From contig JBMOIJ010000001.1 in the NCBI GenBank assembly GCA_049317385.1, positions 468 to 64,467 on the forward strand: a DNA stretch of 64,000 bases, written 5' to 3'. The notes below the pieces were generated by a model. That model had not been told where the DNA came from. It did no database searches and saw only the letters and a program-made list of their open reading frames with translations. This stretch comes from Acidimicrobiia bacterium. Its GTDB lineage: Bacteria > Actinomycetota > Acidimicrobiia > IMCC26256 > JBMOIJ01. A program made the translations under genes and the position numbers. This document shows positions 63,665 through 64,000 of this stretch, in pieces (position 1 is the stretch's first letter; the number at the start of each line of letters is the position of its first letter).

Positions 63665-64000
63665 TTGCCGTTGGGCTCCACCACCGCACCGTTCCGGTCG
63701 ACCTCCTCGAACGCGTTGCGATCAACGGCGACATGCTGCCCAAGGCCCTCGACGATCTCGTCCGTCGCGACCACATCTCGGGCGCAGTGATCCTCTCCAC
63801 CTGCAACCGCACCGAGGTGTACGCGCACGCCTCGCGCTTCCACCCCGGCGTCGGCGCGATCACCGAGTTCCTGGCCGATCTGGCGCGTGTCGACCCCGCG
63901 CTGCTCGAACCACATCTCGTCACGTACTTCGACGACGGGGCCGTCGCGCACCTCTTCACCGTGGCGGCGGGGGTCGACTCGTTGGTCGTCGGTGAATCCG
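63655..64000 (+). CDS. hemA: Glutamyl-tRNA reductase, 5' part (runs off window end)
   Basis: This gene is not in the ORF track. My translation from the GTG at 63655 is VSLIAVGLHHRTVPVDLLERV...AVILSTCNRTEVYAH...HLFTVAAGVDSLVVGES, carrying canonical HemA motifs. Confidence 0.85.
   Translation, partial: MSLIAVGLHHRTVPVDLLERVAINGDMLPKALDDLVRRDHISGAVILSTCNRTEVYAHASRFHPGVGAITEFLADLARVDPALLEPHLVTYFDDGAVAHLFTVAAGVDSLVVGES

Overview
High-GC chromosomal core region. The gene order looks Actinomycetota-like, but that is an inference and no searches were run.

(1) 1-27.6 kb is one long minus-strand array of translation and transcription genes: rplV' - rpsS - rplB - rplW - rplD - rplC - rpsJ - tuf - fusA - rpsG - rpsL - rpoC - rpoB - rplL - rplJ - rplA - rplK - nusG - secE - tRNA-Trp - rpmG - tRNA-Met - tRNA-Thr. 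Four normally tight junctions in this array are interrupted:
- rpsJ|rplC by a 310-nt structured spacer.
- rpoC|rpsL by a HAD hydrolase gene.
- rplA|rplJ by an orphan gene of about 380 aa.
- nusG|rplK by a 5.3-kb string of five tightly coupled genes: P-type ATPase, Zn-ribbon protein, HtpX, an eRF1-like baeRF protein and a PGPGW protein.

(2) 27.6-34.9 kb holds a PAT-type GNAT, an MBL-rhodanese fusion, tRNA-Tyr, yajQ, a short TrwC-like relaxase-domain ORF, acs and a MidA/NDUFAF7-type methyltransferase.

(3) 34.9-61.8 kb holds two head-to-tail complex I operons on the minus strand. One is an 11-gene nuoABCDHIJKLMN set lacking nuoEFG, with the MidA gene appended. The other is a canonical 14-gene nuoA-N. 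A plus-strand patatin gene separates them.

(4) 61.9-64 kb holds a MauE-like membrane protein divergent from rex - sirC-like - hemA'.

Best candidates for novel biology are the HtpX/baeRF/PGPGW module inside the ribosomal super-operon, the MidA gene attached to the EFG-less nuo cluster (only that cluster's NuoD keeps the HRG arginine), and the orphan gene between rplA and rplJ.

Caveats: the ORF track gives longest ORFs and prints M for GTG/TTG starts. I trimmed starts using conserved family N-termini, Shine-Dalgarno (SD) spacing and stop/start overlaps. All family calls rest on motif recognition by eye.
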